NCBI RefSeq assembly: GCF_018350175.1
Contig: NC_058368.1
Span: 31,002,001-31,066,000 of the forward strand
Direction of reading: 5' to 3'
Origin: Felis catus
Taxonomy: Eukaryota
Length of the DNA: 64,000 nucleotides
This document shows, in pieces, positions 11,135-24,265 of this stretch. Made by a program: the position numbers and the translations under genes. Under the pieces are notes generated by a model. That model searched no databases. It was not told where the DNA came from and saw only the letters and a list, made by a program, of their open reading frames with translations. Position 1 is the first letter of the stretch; every line of letters begins with the position of its first letter.

Positions 11135-13719
11135 CAAGTCCACTTTTAAATAACACTATACCACTTCATGAATAATGTGAATGCCTGATAATAACAAGAT
11201 GATCCGAGTTCCTCCCTCACATCCCTTGTAACATTGCTATCATTCATTTCTTTCATATATAAACATGCATAAATATATATGATATATATTATACATATTT
11301 GTTCATGCCAATATTCTGTATATTTCTTGAAGTATGCAACCATTTCTCTAATTATATGTATATTAACATTCACGGTAACATATTTTAGAAACACTCTAAT
11401 ACCTCTTGCTATTAGCTAAAACTAGATTCCGTGCAAAGAAAACTATAGTGTTTTGAGATAAATACCTTGTTTATTTTAAATTTGCTTAATTTTTATTAGA
11501 ATCAGTCAAACTTACAAAATGAAGGAAAATATAGTTTTATTTTATCACTAATTTTGTTTTTCTTTAAATCTCATGTAATGAATATAGTCTGATATTGATG
11601 GGTTTATTAGTATTTTTATTGATGAAATCATTGAGAACTTCAGGTACCAAAGTTGAAATCGATGGTGAAACTTCTTTTAGAAGCAATTGCACTTGAAAGC
11701 TGTTAATGGAAATTGTATCGTCCTTTAGAATTAAATGTGTTAAAGATTTTACTTCTATTTCCAAGGCTTAGAAAGAACAGAGCTTGTACTATTAATGTGA
11801 AATTATGCCAAAATGTTTTAGCACCAGAGATAGACAAAGAGATTCAGAGTAATTGTGTTTTAAAATTTGATCACTAAATAAAAATTCAGTGAGGTCAATT
11901 TATAATTTACATAGATTTGAAATTTTCAGATACCTATTTGTATTATCATTGAACATAAATCAATAAATAAAGAAAAGCTGCAAAAACAGTTAACGTGGAT
12001 ATTAAATTTGGGAAGGAATTAGACTTGTATCCTCACAGAAATACCCTTCTTTAAATGTAAAACAGAGTATAAAAAGGCCCATTTCTCAATGGCATCATAT
12101 TAATTCAAGGGATAGCTGCAGCTCTCAGAGCTCTGCAACAGGCAAGAATGACCTTAAATGGATAGGATTTTTTACCCTGTTACTAGAGCTGAATGCATCT
12201 GAAATAGGGAATTCATGAAATTCACTTCACTATGGAAATCATCATATAAATGGGATAGTCAATGGAAATTTCAGCTTATATATAGCAACAAATTATGTCA
12301 TTTACAATGGTGGTACAATTTTCATCATGTATATATTTTCTATCTTGATTTAAATGTATAAAAAAAGATTTTAGAGGTTCTAATATTTTAATTACTTTTA
12401 AAAACCAGAGTCCATTGGAACACCATTTAAAATAACGCAGTTAAAACAGAGTTTGAAATGGCTTAATACAGCAGGCCTCCAAAAACACCAAAATACGATC
12501 TGTTCAAGTGGTAGCCCAGCATTTATCTGCAAAATTCAAGGAAAGGGAGTCCTGAGGAAAAGTCATTCTGTGTCAAATCCCACAACTTACATCACTTTCT
12601 TCTTTCCTGAACTCTCAAAGCAGTGTTTGTTTTTATCATTTGGTTACTTAAGGAAGCACTGATCTTTGTTGGAACTATTTTAGGTGTGACTGTCTTTTCA
12701 GTTAAATTGTAATCTCCTTGAGAAGCAATGCCCATAGCTTACCTTTCCTTTGCTCCATCCACGGAATCCAACCCACACAGAGTTGGTCCTGCCTGCTCAA
12801 AGCACTTTGCAGAAAACTCGTTTGGTGCATCTATCAGCTACAGAACCTGCCTCCTAGCTGGTAGTTGCATTAAGGAATATTGAGATGCTGGCCCTTGGAT
12901 AGTACCCACACTCAGCCCAGTCCCTGGTACACAAAAGAAATTTAGTATATAAGGACTATGAATTAATCTTGTTTCTGCATTCTTCCTCTGCCTGTCAGAG
13001 TAGAAAGTATCAGTGAAAAGAAACTTTCTATTCCACAAAACAGCTTTCTTACTGTTTAACTGCCAAGATAGTATTTACACTTAGCCTAATTCTTTTTGTC
13101 TTGTGACTTATACATATTCATACTTGTTTTATGCACTGAGCTTAAAAGGATAACTCTTATTTCTCCTGATGTTTAAGTAGCATTTTACCTCCCAAGGAGC
13201 TCTGAGCTCTTACGCAGGATTTTGGGTTTACATGAAAATATTTTTAATGTTTCAAAAAAATACACTTATCATAATGATCATTTTTGATATAACATTTCAA
13301 GAGTGCATACAATACGTGGTTAACTATGTACAACTATATAAATAATTTAATAGTTAATCATGATAAACAAATCTACACATAGACTTTTCAACAAGACATT
13401 TTCACTAACTTTCAAAATTAATGTATGAGACTTGAGTACATACAGTTCAGATTCTCCAGTGAAATATTAGAAATAGAGGTAATGATACAGCTCAAATTTG
13501 AAAAATTCATTACGTGATTGCTTCTTTCTCTCTTATAATGTATGAATATGGATCCAACAATACAAAATAACTTTTTTTCAGAATGCCATAAGACAAATAG
13601 ATTTCTTATATAATTATTAAAAATATGCTTACCATGGTCTGTTTCATATATAGAATTCTTTCATTTTAAAATATTTCAGGAAAGAATAAACCTTGTTTTG
13701 TTTTCAAATCTATATAACA

Positions 13720-13979
13720 GGGGCGCCTGGGTGGCTCAGTCGGTTAAGCGTCTGACTTCAGCTCAGGTCACGATCTCGTGGTCTGTGAATTCGAGCCCGG
13801 CGTCGGGCTCTGTGCTGACTGCTCAGAGCCTGGAGCCTGCTTCCAATTCTGTGTCTCCCTCTCTCTCTGCCCCTTCCCCGTTCATGCTCTGTCTCTCTCT
13901 GTCTCAAAAATAAATAAACATTAAAAAAAATTAAAAAATAATAAAAAATAAAATAAAATAAAATAAAATAAAAATAAAA
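13720..13979 (+). mobile_element. CanSINE with (AAAAT)n tail
   Basis: Canonical head and boxes; TSD AAATCTATATAAC. Confidence 0.96.
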
Positions 13980-16039
13980 TCTATATAACTGATGAGTTGA
14001 GATTCCAGATGACTAAAGTGAAATAGAGCCAAAACTCTGAGATACACGATACAGGTTTTTATGCTGTGCTTAGCCATCATTGTATGTTTATTTGAGAGTT
14101 CTCAGTCTCTCTGAAAATCCTGGGGACTCAGAAGATGATAAAAATCCAGCCCAGAAGTCATTTCAAGTCATGAATTTGCTTTTTGTGGTTCACTTCCAGC
14201 TTAACTTCCCTTTATGTACAAAGAATTATACAGCAGTTTGCCACAGAACTCCACAGGCATTCACCCATGAGAGGATTTGTTTAAGTAGTGGCATCAGTTT
14301 TGGCCACAGGAGAGCCAGGTATACATGCAATCAAATGAAGTACTTATGACTTCCCATGTAGTCAATTCTCTATGGTCCTTCACTGCGGTGAATTACCTGT
14401 TTGACTTGCTTAAGATTATGTTTTTGGTGAAACTAATGTTTTAAAACTTAACCTCAAAGAAAGATAGTGCCTACAATATATTAACATAGTAATAATTCTT
14501 CAAAGAAAATCTACACATGAGACTTTAAATTTTGATAAAATCAAAAGATACACTCACTACACATCGACCCTAGGAGAGTTTTCTTCTAACTCATTAAGTT
14601 TCATAATACTGAGAAACATATAACAATTGTATGTATGTGGCATGTTTTACCGCAAAACCTTTTGAATTTTTATTTAATGCTGAAATGGTCCCCATTGAGA
14701 TGTTAAGATTCCCCTTTACAGTTGCACTGATACTGTAAAAACATACCCACACACTCATGGAACCTCAACTCAGCTGTGGTTCTGGCCTGGGTTTGGTGGG
14801 TAAAAATGGATATGTTAATATGTTTGTGACTCGTACAATCTGAATGTTATTAATAAGGATGAATATATGCTATGAGATAAGTGTTGATTTGGCTATTGGC
14901 ATTTGTCATTGCTTACTTTCTATTCAGTTTGACTAACCTACCTTTCCTTGGGAATTCCAATGAGAAGGTAGTAGGAAATTAACTCCATTGCTTCCAAATT
15001 ACTCTAAATTTATGAGAGTCATTAGCGCTCATGAACAGTGCACTGACATCTTTAGTGATAACCTTATAATGGATGGAGGTCATGTCCAGGGTAGTTTTGT
15101 TGTAGCTTTGGGTACCATTCAATATTGTTAAGCATGCATTGATAATACCTCGGGGAAAGCTCATAATACTTAATTATTTTGCAATATCTTTAATCATTTA
15201 AATCATAGAGATATGCTATGGCCATAAAGCCATTTTTGTGTGGTTTTAAATTTAGCAGTGATTGTTGTTGAGCTCTGGGAAGAGAACTCCTCTCCTTGTC
15301 TAATTCAGAACACTAACCAGAGTTAGGAAATAGTACTGTGGGACAAGTAAAAATAAGGAGGTTAAGAACAATTCAAGGAAGTCCAGAACTTACAGGTATG
15401 TTTGGTGTATTGTATAGTTCACTGTAAAGTGTGAAGTTCTTTACTGTGAATCACCTTAGAATCGTCTAAGAAAAGAGAGTCAAGAGCGAGCCAAATTATT
15501 TAGTACTGAGCTACTGTGCAAACCCCTTTCCTAATGATTCTGCTTTAATTTGTTTTATATATTGGTTTCCACATGAGGTGTGGGTTGCTGTTTTGGAAAA
15601 TAGAGTTCTGCTGCTAGTAATGTAAAAAAGCTGCAACTAACATTTCCTTCTCATTTAATTGTTCAGGAAAGAAATCGTATAAGATAATACACATGTAACC
15701 AGAGATGTCAGAGATGGGAAACAACCAAGTCTCTTTGATTCTAGTGTTTTTGTTGTACCACCTTGTCTTTAATTAGAGAACACCCCTAGAGGTAAGAACA
15801 GAGCATAAATACAGTATTCATTAGTTTGACACATCTCAACTTCTGACCTTCTACCCATACCAATGTCATTTTATGGTGTGATTCAATTCACCTTGGAAAC
15901 ATCTTAATAAGCTCATTGTACCGATGATATTCTACAAAACCTATTTGTCTACACTCTGTCTATATGGACATAAGTGTGTAAGTGCTGAAGTCTCTAGTTC
16001 CTCAGAACTTTGGGAGCACAACAAAGTGATAGGCTGACT

Positions 16040-16230
16040 GTCCATGGAGTGCGATTCCCAGGTCTATGACTATCACTTCTTGCTATGTGACCTTGGGCAT
16101 ATTACTTAACCCCTTTTAGCTTCAATTTCTTTGTCCATAAAATGGTTATAAGGAATAGATGAGTTAATGTTTGAAAAGTACTTAGAATAATGCTTGACCC
16201 ATAATAAATATTCACATCTGTAAAATAAGT
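16040..16230 (+). mobile_element. MIR relic
   Basis: Core 'gctatgtgaccttgggcatattacttaacc..cttcaatttctttgtccataaaatgg'. Confidence 0.75.
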
Positions 16231-16280
16231 AAAATTATCACCTTAATGAGATAATACAGCTCTTAGAAATGGAAGTACAA

Positions 16281-16285
16281 GTGCG

Positions 16286-16334
<49 letters not shown>
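16281..16334. repeat. (GC)n(AC)n compound microsatellite
   Basis: Read directly. Confidence 0.95.
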
Positions 16335-16339
<5 letters not shown>

Positions 16340-17242
16340 ACATGACTATCTAGCGGTCTTGTTTGGTGTTTAAGAGGATACCAAGTGAAGGTTCTTAATG
16401 GATCTAGCTGAGCTTTTGTGCATAACAATGAATTTCTCTGCCTCTATAGTCAATAATGTTCAAGAGTGTATCTTCTTTCTCAAGTAGGCATTGCACTACA
16501 GTTAGCCAGTTGTTGGCAATTCCTGCATGGAGCTCCTGTGAAGTAATCTATTTGGGGCCTTCCCAGAAGATTCATTAAGCTATATTGAACATGTCCGCTT
16601 GCCTCATGGGCAAGGCAAGGAATACCAAACACAAAACACCTGTGCTCTCAAGTTAGCACCAATTCTCTTTCTTTAGCCAATTCAAGGTTTCATTTATTAT
16701 TTATAACATTCTGAATGTGTTGGGACCTAATTATTTCTGAAAGTTCCGCATCCCTCACTCCATGTCATGTCAGTTGCAGCTGGCTGGAATCTTATCTATT
16801 CTTAGATTCGAATTTGAAGTAGAATATTCTCTGTGGATAGCCCTTGCCTCCTGAATGTGCTCCCCTCAGTAATCTATCAAAAGTGCAAATATGAGAGAGT
16901 TTAGGTCATGATTTATGATGTTCTCAATCTTCTCATAATTTGATTAATCTTAGTCATCTTTTTCTAAGACAGAAAACAATAGTGTATTTAATATCACTGA
17001 ATATTATTAAGTTGCAAAAAGGTTGAGTTAATATACGGACACTAATCATTTATTTTTAAGCAAATGATATAATAGTGATCATTAATAATGAAAGCGGTGT
17101 TTAGATGTCAAGAAAGAGTGTATCTGCTCAGATACATATTCAGTCCATTAATAGGATTTTCTCAGCATCTACTATTGAAGACATTGTTTTTAAAAATATA
17201 TTCAAAGGGCAATTCAAAACCAGAAACTTCCGTAAGCTCTTT

Positions 17243-17360
17243 AGGAATGCAGGTACTTGGCCCAGTGTAGACCCATTGATTCAGAATCTCTAGAGCTGAG
17301 GCCTAGAAATTAAAATTTTAACAAATACCATAGATGATTCCAATGTTTGAAAATCTCTGG
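17243..17360. mobile_element. MER5-family hAT-Charlie MITE relic
   Basis: 'aatgcagg..ggccc..agacccattgattcagaatctctag..gcctagaaat..ttttaacaa..tgattc..gtttgaaaatctctg' resembles MER5 as recalled. Confidence 0.6.
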
Positions 17361-20185
17361 TTCTCAAATAAGAAAGTGCTCTATTTACAACTTCTTTAGT
17401 TCTTTAGCTATTTCAAGCAGCTGCTGGCCAGGCAGGGTGTGACTGGCAGACAGGACAGAACTGCTTCAATCTACATGTGTGTATTAATTTATCATCCCTA
17501 CTACTCACCAGTTACACTGCTGGCCTCCTTGCTCAGATCTGTGAATACCATAGGGAGCAAAGGCGCAGATTTTGCTTAGGGTTTGACTTGAAACACCCAA
17601 ACGGCTGTCAGAGGAACTGATAATGCAGGGACTTTTTCTTGGAAGCTAGCATAGCATACCCCAGAGAGTACTGCTGGCCCAGATTCAGTGTTAAAACGAA
17701 GAAGAACATCTCCTTATTTCCATCTCACTCCCTTACTTTAACTGGATGAATGAGTCACACCTATGGCTTGGTAAACTCTCCTGACCTGAACTACTGACCT
17801 TTTGTGGTTTCCACTGTTTGACTGAGAGGCAGCTCTAACTCCAACTACTCTTCCTTTGTCTTCTCTGCTGGTATTATTTTATTTCCCAATCCTCTCCATG
17901 TAGCTATTTCTTCAAGTGTTGTTCTCAACTCCCTTCTCCCTCTGTACTCCCTGTCAGGGACCATCAGTCTCTTTCTATAGGTTTAACCAACAACTCCGTG
18001 TTGGTGATGCTCAAATGTTTATCTTTAGCTCCAATCATTTTAGAAAACCGAGACCCACTTTTCACTGCTATCAACATTTTCACTTCTACATCCCATTGTA
18101 ACCTTACATTCTGCAAATCTGCCATGGAACGCATTCCCTTAAAAAAGAAAGAAAAATCTGGTTATAAATCTGGCCTTTTCCATCAAGGGAATCTCTCTAT
18201 CCTCCTGTTTCTGTGGTTTAGAAGTATTAATCAACTTTGACTTCTTTAGTCCTGAGTTAATCACTGAATTGATTTACTACTATTTATAACAATTCTTCAT
18301 AGAAATCTAAGGAATCCTGGGACCTTCTGAACACAGCAAGTATTTAACTCTAAAGGAGATAATACATTATAGTAATTACAAGTGGTACTTTGAAACAAGA
18401 GAAACGGGTTTGAACATTGCAACACTTTATGCTGCAGAAACACTGGTATATTACTTAACCCTTCTAAACTTCCATTTTTCTTACCAATATGAATTTATTG
18501 ATATTTTCACCAGATAGTGTGGGGAATCTTGGAAGTCACATCACTGTACTAGAATCTTGGTATACTATGTTGGACAACATCTCTTCACTCATGGGGAATA
18601 TGGATGAAGGCTTTATTGGTGATGAAAAAGAAGTAATAGATTTAAGATACTTGGCACAAAGTAAATGCTCGAAAATATTGTTTCCCCTAATGTGTGTTTT
18701 CTGGCCCTTGGCTAACATCTCAGATTTCAGCGGGCACTGCAGGTATTTGTTTCTTTGTTTGTTCTTTCCTTATTAAAGCTGCCATATATAACTCACTTCA
18801 CCTCTTTGACTTCCCTCCATCAAGATGGACTGTGAAGTGGGATATAGTTGCCTCATGTTCTCTGATTCTTGCTTTACTCAGGGAAGATTTGTCAATGCCT
18901 TTTATTTTATTTTTCCTGGAGAACCACTAAACAATCTTATTTAGTGGAGTGGTATGGTCAAACGTACAAGATAGATTTTTGTGAATTTTTCCCCAATATG
19001 AGTGGTGGGGGAAGAAGGTAAAAAAATGACCAGTAGGTTTCCTTCTTGATTGACTGGTTGGTTTAATGGATGTGCCACCAACTGAGACTAATATAAGAGG
19101 AAGAGGAGGGAAAGGGAAATAACTATACATTTATTTGGAAATACTAACTTTGAGGTTGTTGAATTTTTGGGTGAAGAGTTTAGTGGAATTCAGATAAACT
19201 AATATGAAGCTTGGAAGAGAGGCCTAGGCTGGAAGTAAAGCTTTGGGATATACCAACTTGAAGTCGGTAGTCAAAACTATGTTAGTAGCTTAGTTCATTT
19301 TTTTTTTAAATACTATAAATTATGCACTCACAGTATACTAGACATTGCGCTTGGAGCAAAGGATTAAAGATTGAGTAAAACTCATATTACCCATGCCCCA
19401 AGGGAGCTAATACTCCGTCAAAGACCAAAAAATCAAGTAAATAAATACAAATTGGAGAAATGTAATAAGTTGTGTGCATTGTGATAAAAAGAAATGCTTG
19501 ATTCCCTTTAAATTGGATGAAAAGATAGAAATCCAGTGTATTTAAGTGGGAATAGGAAGGGGCAGAGAAATTTGGATTTCAGGCAAAAACAATGAGAATC
19601 ATAAAAATTTTCATGATTCACGAAACATGAGATAGGGGTATTACATGAAAAAAAAAATTGAGCCAGAAAATTTAAAGTGATTAATAGCCAAGTACTACTA
19701 CTAGGACTTCTGATCTTTATTTCAGTGATTTTAATCCAGGGTATGGATTATCTCCACTTCTCTGAAAAATGTCCTGATTCCTGTGCATTTCAATGTTTTA
19801 TGTCTATCTTTCCATACCAATAAAAGCTTCGGACACCAGAATATTTGTGCTGAAATTTTCCAACACAATGATCAGTTGCCAAGGGGTGTTCTTTCTGAAC
19901 TCAGGTCCTGTGTAACAGGGTGTCAGCAAAGATAAAGCTTGAACTTCAGCAGCGAAGTCAGAGCCCTTCAGCAGAAAATATTTCAGAATATGATTTTCAA
20001 AATTCACAATCATGAGCATTAATGTCCCAAAGGTGGGGAATGTAATTAATGATATGGACATTGATGAATCTTGACCATTAGCTGGGGCACATTAGTTCAG
20101 GGTGCAGTAAACTGAGGTACAAAATTATTTTCAACTTAAGTCAAAATCATTCATTGTGATAGAAACTAGCATAATAATGTCTTCA

Positions 20186-20408
20186 GGGGCGCCTGGGTGA
20201 CTCAGTCGGTTAAGCGTCCGACTTCGGCTCAGGTCATGGTCTCGCGGTTCGTGAGTTCAAGCCCTGCGTCGGGGCTCTGTGCTGACAGATCAGAGCCTGG
20301 AGCCTGTTTCAGATTCCATGTCTCCCTCTCTCTCTGACCCTCCCCCATTCATGCTCTGTCTCTCTCTGTCTCAAAAATAAATAAAAACGTTAAAAAAAAT
20401 TAAAAAAA
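20186..20408 (+). mobile_element. CanSINE
   Basis: Canonical head and tail; TSD ATAATGTCTTCA. Confidence 0.96.
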
Positions 20409-20475
20409 ATAATGTCTTCAAAGAACTGTACACATGTAAATAATAATAACTGTAGCAAATACAAATGACATGTTA

Positions 20476-20695
20476 GGGGCGCACGGGTGGCTCAGTCAGT
20501 TAAGTGTCTAACTTTGGCTCAGGTCGTGCTCTTGCAGTTTGTGGGTTCGAGCCCCATGTCAGGCTCTATGCTGACTGCTCAGAGCCCGGAGCCTACTTTG
20601 GATTCTGTGTCTCCTCTGTCTGCCCCTCCCCCCACCTCGTGTTCACATTCTCTCTGTCTGTCTCTCTCAAAAAATAATTAAACATTAAAAAATAA
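20476..20695 (+). mobile_element. CanSINE (more diverged)
   Basis: Canonical head and tail; TSD ACAAATGACATGTT. Confidence 0.94.
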
Positions 20696-20944
20696 ACAAA
20701 TGACATGTTTAATGGGCTCTGTCACTTTTGGACATTTTTATATGAATCTCTCAAATACGTACTATTGTCATCGCCATTAAAAAAAAAAAAACTGAGACAC
20801 AGTGAGCAGGAAATATGCTAAAAGTTCACATAGGTTAAAAGCAGTAAGTCTAGGGTTTGAACCACAGTTGCCCAGGTTCTCTGTTTTTGTGTACAACAAT
20901 ACTGTTGAAGTGTAACACTATAAATTGTGTTAGTCTTTATATAT

Positions 20945-21167
20945 TTTTTTCTTTTTTTATTTTTCAACGTTTGTTTATTTTTGGGACAGTGAGAGACAGA
21001 GCATGAATGGGGGAGGGGCAGAGAGAGAGGGAGACACAGAATCGGAAACAGGCTCCAGGCTCCGAGCCATCAGCCCAGAGCCTGACGCGGGGCTCGAACT
21101 CACGGACCGCGAGATCGTGACCTGGCTGAAGTCGGACGCTCAACCGACTGCGCCACCCAGGTGCCCC
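20945..21167 (-). mobile_element. Young felid CanSINE (SINEC_Fc-like)
   Basis: Carries the young-copy segments GCCATCAGCCCAGAGCC and GACCTGGCTGAAG; TSD AGTCTTTATAT. Confidence 0.96.
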
Positions 21168-21984
21168 AGTCTTTATATTTTAATTATTGTCATCTATTAA
21201 AGTTCAAAACTGCCAGATTTAAATAACTAGAGCTTAAACTTTTTTTTTACTTTAACATCAAAAAATTGTTTTTTATTTGTGTACAAAGATTTATAAGATG
21301 AAAAGGTGAGGTAGGCTGAGAACATAGGACAATATTTTTTATCTTCAAATACAGTTACAACCGCTGTTCAGTTTTAAGTACTAAATAATCCCTTATCTTA
21401 AAAAACGACTCTCGGTGTTCAAGGACACAAAATTATTATGTCCATATTGTCTACAATTTTAGATTGATTTCTTGTCATTATATTGTTGGCTTAGTTTATA
21501 ATCGGTTGCATGAGTTAGTAAGTATGACAGCTGCTTGATTTGGTGTAGGGGAAAAATAGCATTCTGATAAAACTATACCAGTTAGAAAAAAATCAAATAG
21601 TAAACTTTTCACATCAAAAGGATATAAGGAACCCAAAGTACTTTAATGTCTTAAAGAGACACATTACTCATGCATTAGAAACACCTTTAGTTAAAACTTT
21701 ATTTAAATAACTACAACAGATGTGTCAAAAAGCTGTAGTAAGAGCCCAGAGGGAAAATATTCCATTTGCCGCCTTGTTACAAAATTTGTGTGAATTTTCT
21801 AGAATGTTAGATAATATACTTAAGCATTGGTTTGTATACATATTTTAAACATGTTTTATTGTATTAATATTCTAAGTTGAAATTTTTTTATGGTATCTGA
21901 AAGGAGAAAAGGAACTTTGTTAATAACTTATTTTTTATTTAACTTCAGTTATTTTTATCAATTCTACTTCATTAGAGAAAATAA

Positions 21985-22210
21985 TTGCTAACATTTACTG
22001 AGTGTTTCCCCAAGGTCATTGCTATACATGTTTGAAATCATATAACATTCACAACAACCTTATGAAACAGGTGTTTTTATTAAGTCATTATATAATGAGG
22101 AAACTAAGAAAGAGAGAGCCTGGGGAACTTTCCCAAATTTGTGCATTTTATAAGTGGATGAGTTGAATCTAGAATCTGAATCTAGTTTACTTGTTTCCTG
22201 AGCCAGATAT
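21985..22210 (-). mobile_element. MIR relic
   Basis: 'gctaacatttactgagtg..cacaacaaccttatgaaacagg..aatgaggaaactaag'. Confidence 0.75.
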
Positions 22211-22488
22211 TTTAACAAATACATTAAACAAAAAAATAAATATGTCCCCATCCATCCTCAGGGGCTGGTGCAAACTTGTTTTAGAGAGGCATATTTAAGT
22301 TTTACAAGGAAAATCCAGTTTTAAAGAATAAGCACATATTTGTATATAGCAGTGTTTTTATTCTAGAATATGTACCATCGATAAAGTATTTTTTTCTACT
22401 TTGAAGACTTCTACTTAATTCCAATAAGTGAAAAGTGCTTCAAGGTTGATATATTTTTCTTCAACTCTTACCTGTCCAGAGGCGAATA

Positions 22489-22690
22489 TTTTTTTTAAAT
22501 TTTTTTTAACATTTATTTATTTTTGAGACAGAGACAGAGCATGAGAGAGAGGGAGACACAGAATCCGAAACAGGCTCCAGGCTCTGAGCTGTCAGCACAG
22601 AGCCTGACGTGGGGCTCGAACCCACAGACTGCGAGATCATGACCTGAGCCGAAGTGGGAAGCTTAACCGACTGAGCCACCCAGGCGCCCC
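22489..22690 (-). mobile_element. CanSINE (copy 1 of triple stack; small internal deletion)
   Basis: SINE body lacking the AACGGGGGAGGGGCAG segment; ends CAGGCGCCCC. Confidence 0.95.
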
Positions 22691-22702
22691 AAGAGGCTAA
22701 TA

Positions 22703-22923
22703 TTTTTAATGTTTATTTATTTTTGAGAGAGAGAGAGAGACGGAGACCGAGACAGAGAGTGGAGGGGTAGGGGCAGAGAGAGAAGGAGACACAGGATCAG
22801 AAGGAGGCTCCAGGCTCTGAGCTGTCAGCACAGAGCCCGACACAGGGCTTGAACTCACAGACTGCGAGATCATGACCTGAGCCGAAGTCGGGTGCTCAAC
22901 TGACTGAGCCACCCAGGCGCCCC
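22703..22923 (-). mobile_element. CanSINE (copy 2 of triple stack; appears oldest)
   Basis: Full SINE body, more substituted than its neighbours. Confidence 0.95.
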
Positions 22924-22932
22924 AGAGGCTAA

Positions 22933-23159
22933 TTTTTTTTTTTTTAATTTTTTTTTCAACGTTTATTTATTTTTGGGACAGAGAGAGACAGAGCATGAAC
23001 GGGGGAGGGGCAGAGAGAGAGGGAGACACAGAATCGGAAACAGGCTCCAGGCTCCGAGCCATCAGCCCAGAGCCTGACGCGGGGCTCAAACTCACGGACC
23101 GCGAGATCGTGACCTGGCTGAAGTCGGACGCTTAACCGACTGCGCCACCCAGGCGCCCC
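22933..23159 (-). mobile_element. Young felid CanSINE (copy 3 of triple stack)
   Basis: SINEC_Fc-like diagnostic segments; CpGs retained. Confidence 0.96.
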
Positions 23160-23591
23160 GAGGCTAATTTTTTAAATAAAGGCCAGTACACCCCAATCTG
23201 TTTGTCAGAGTTAACCCTGGGGAGTAGGACTGTATTGGGTGACAAAAGTGAAGGAGAACATCACACGATAATGTTTATATTTTGTACCATTTACTTTTTT
23301 GTACTTACTGTTTTGACTTCTGTAGTTAGAAGAACTCTCTTCCAGACACAGCCTGTGGAGAGTGCCACAGATGGAAATTTTATTTCACAGATGAGAAAAC
23401 GGATGCTAAGAGAGGGTTGGTAAAATGACCAGGACCATCTAACCCCAAAGTCCATGCTGTTCCCATTAAACTTGAAGTATTAAAACCAAAAAAGTAAGCA
23501 AGCAACGTAGGCTTAGAAATTCAGCCTTGGGTTCCATTAGTTGAATAACTTGTGTTAGAACCTGTGATTCCACCATGATTCCTGGCATAAG

Positions 23592-23807
23592 TTTTTAAAT
23601 TTTTTTTAAAAATGTTTACTTTTGAGAGAGACAGAGACAGAATGAGAGTGGGTTAGGGGCAGAGAGAGAGACAGACACAGAATCCTAAGCAGGCTCCAGG
23701 CTCCAAGCTGTCAGCACAGAGCCGACGTGGGGATCGAACTCATGAGCTGTGAGATCATGACCTGAGCTGAAGACTGAGGCTCAACCCACTGAGCCACCCA
23801 GGCACCG
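23592..23807 (-). mobile_element. CanSINE
   Basis: SINE body; TSD CCTGGCATAA(G/A)TTTTT. Confidence 0.94.
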
Positions 23808-24037
23808 CCTGGCATAAATTTTTGAAAGGGAGGAACTCTGCTACATTTACCTCCATCCTAACACAATATATCACCTACAACTAGATTTCAGTAGTTACTG
23901 AACTTGAATGAATTTAACAGAGTATTTTTATTTATCTTCAAGGTTACAGTTCTTTGTGGACATGTATTTGGGGATCTCTTGGCTCCATATCATGGTCCCA
24001 GGTCAGGAATCAGAGTTTTCCTTAAAACAGAAAGAGA

Positions 24038-24265
24038 GGGGCACGTGGGTGGCTCAGTCGGTTAAGCAGTTTGGCGTCTGACCCTTGGTTTCAGCTCAGG
24101 TCATGATCTCATGGTTCATGGGTTCGAGCCCTGCATCGGGCTCTGTGCAGTCAGTGCGGAGCCTGCTTGGGATTCTCTCTTTCTCTCCCTCTCTCTAGCC
24201 CTGCCTTGCTTGCTCTCTCTCGTTCTCTCAAAATAAATAAGTAAACTTAAAAAAAAAGAAAAAAA
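24038..24265 (+). mobile_element. CanSINE (older subfamily)
   Basis: GGGGCACGTGGGTGGCTCAGTCGG head, GGAGCCTGCTTGGGATTCTCTC, A tail. Confidence 0.93.

Larger units (their letters stand above)
9515..11345 (-). mobile_element. Old LINE-1 (L1MB-like) relic, internally deleted and interrupted by three CanSINEs
   Basis: L1MB-type 3' end 'tttttagagcagtttaaatttcacagcaaaattga', then antisense ORF2 'gtaatgctggcctcatagaatgag' ... 'ttgacccatg'. It continues after the SINEs as 'gagtttgcaatatacattt..aatccaagtccac..aataacactataccacttca'. Confidence 0.8.

Noticed and set aside
15309..15395. 87-nt segment between an acceptor and CAG|GTATGT
   Set aside because: Stops in all three frames and no other support.
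22478..23176. CRISPR-like repeat-spacer array
   Set aside because: The repeats are target-site duplications and the spacers are SINEs in a mammalian genome.
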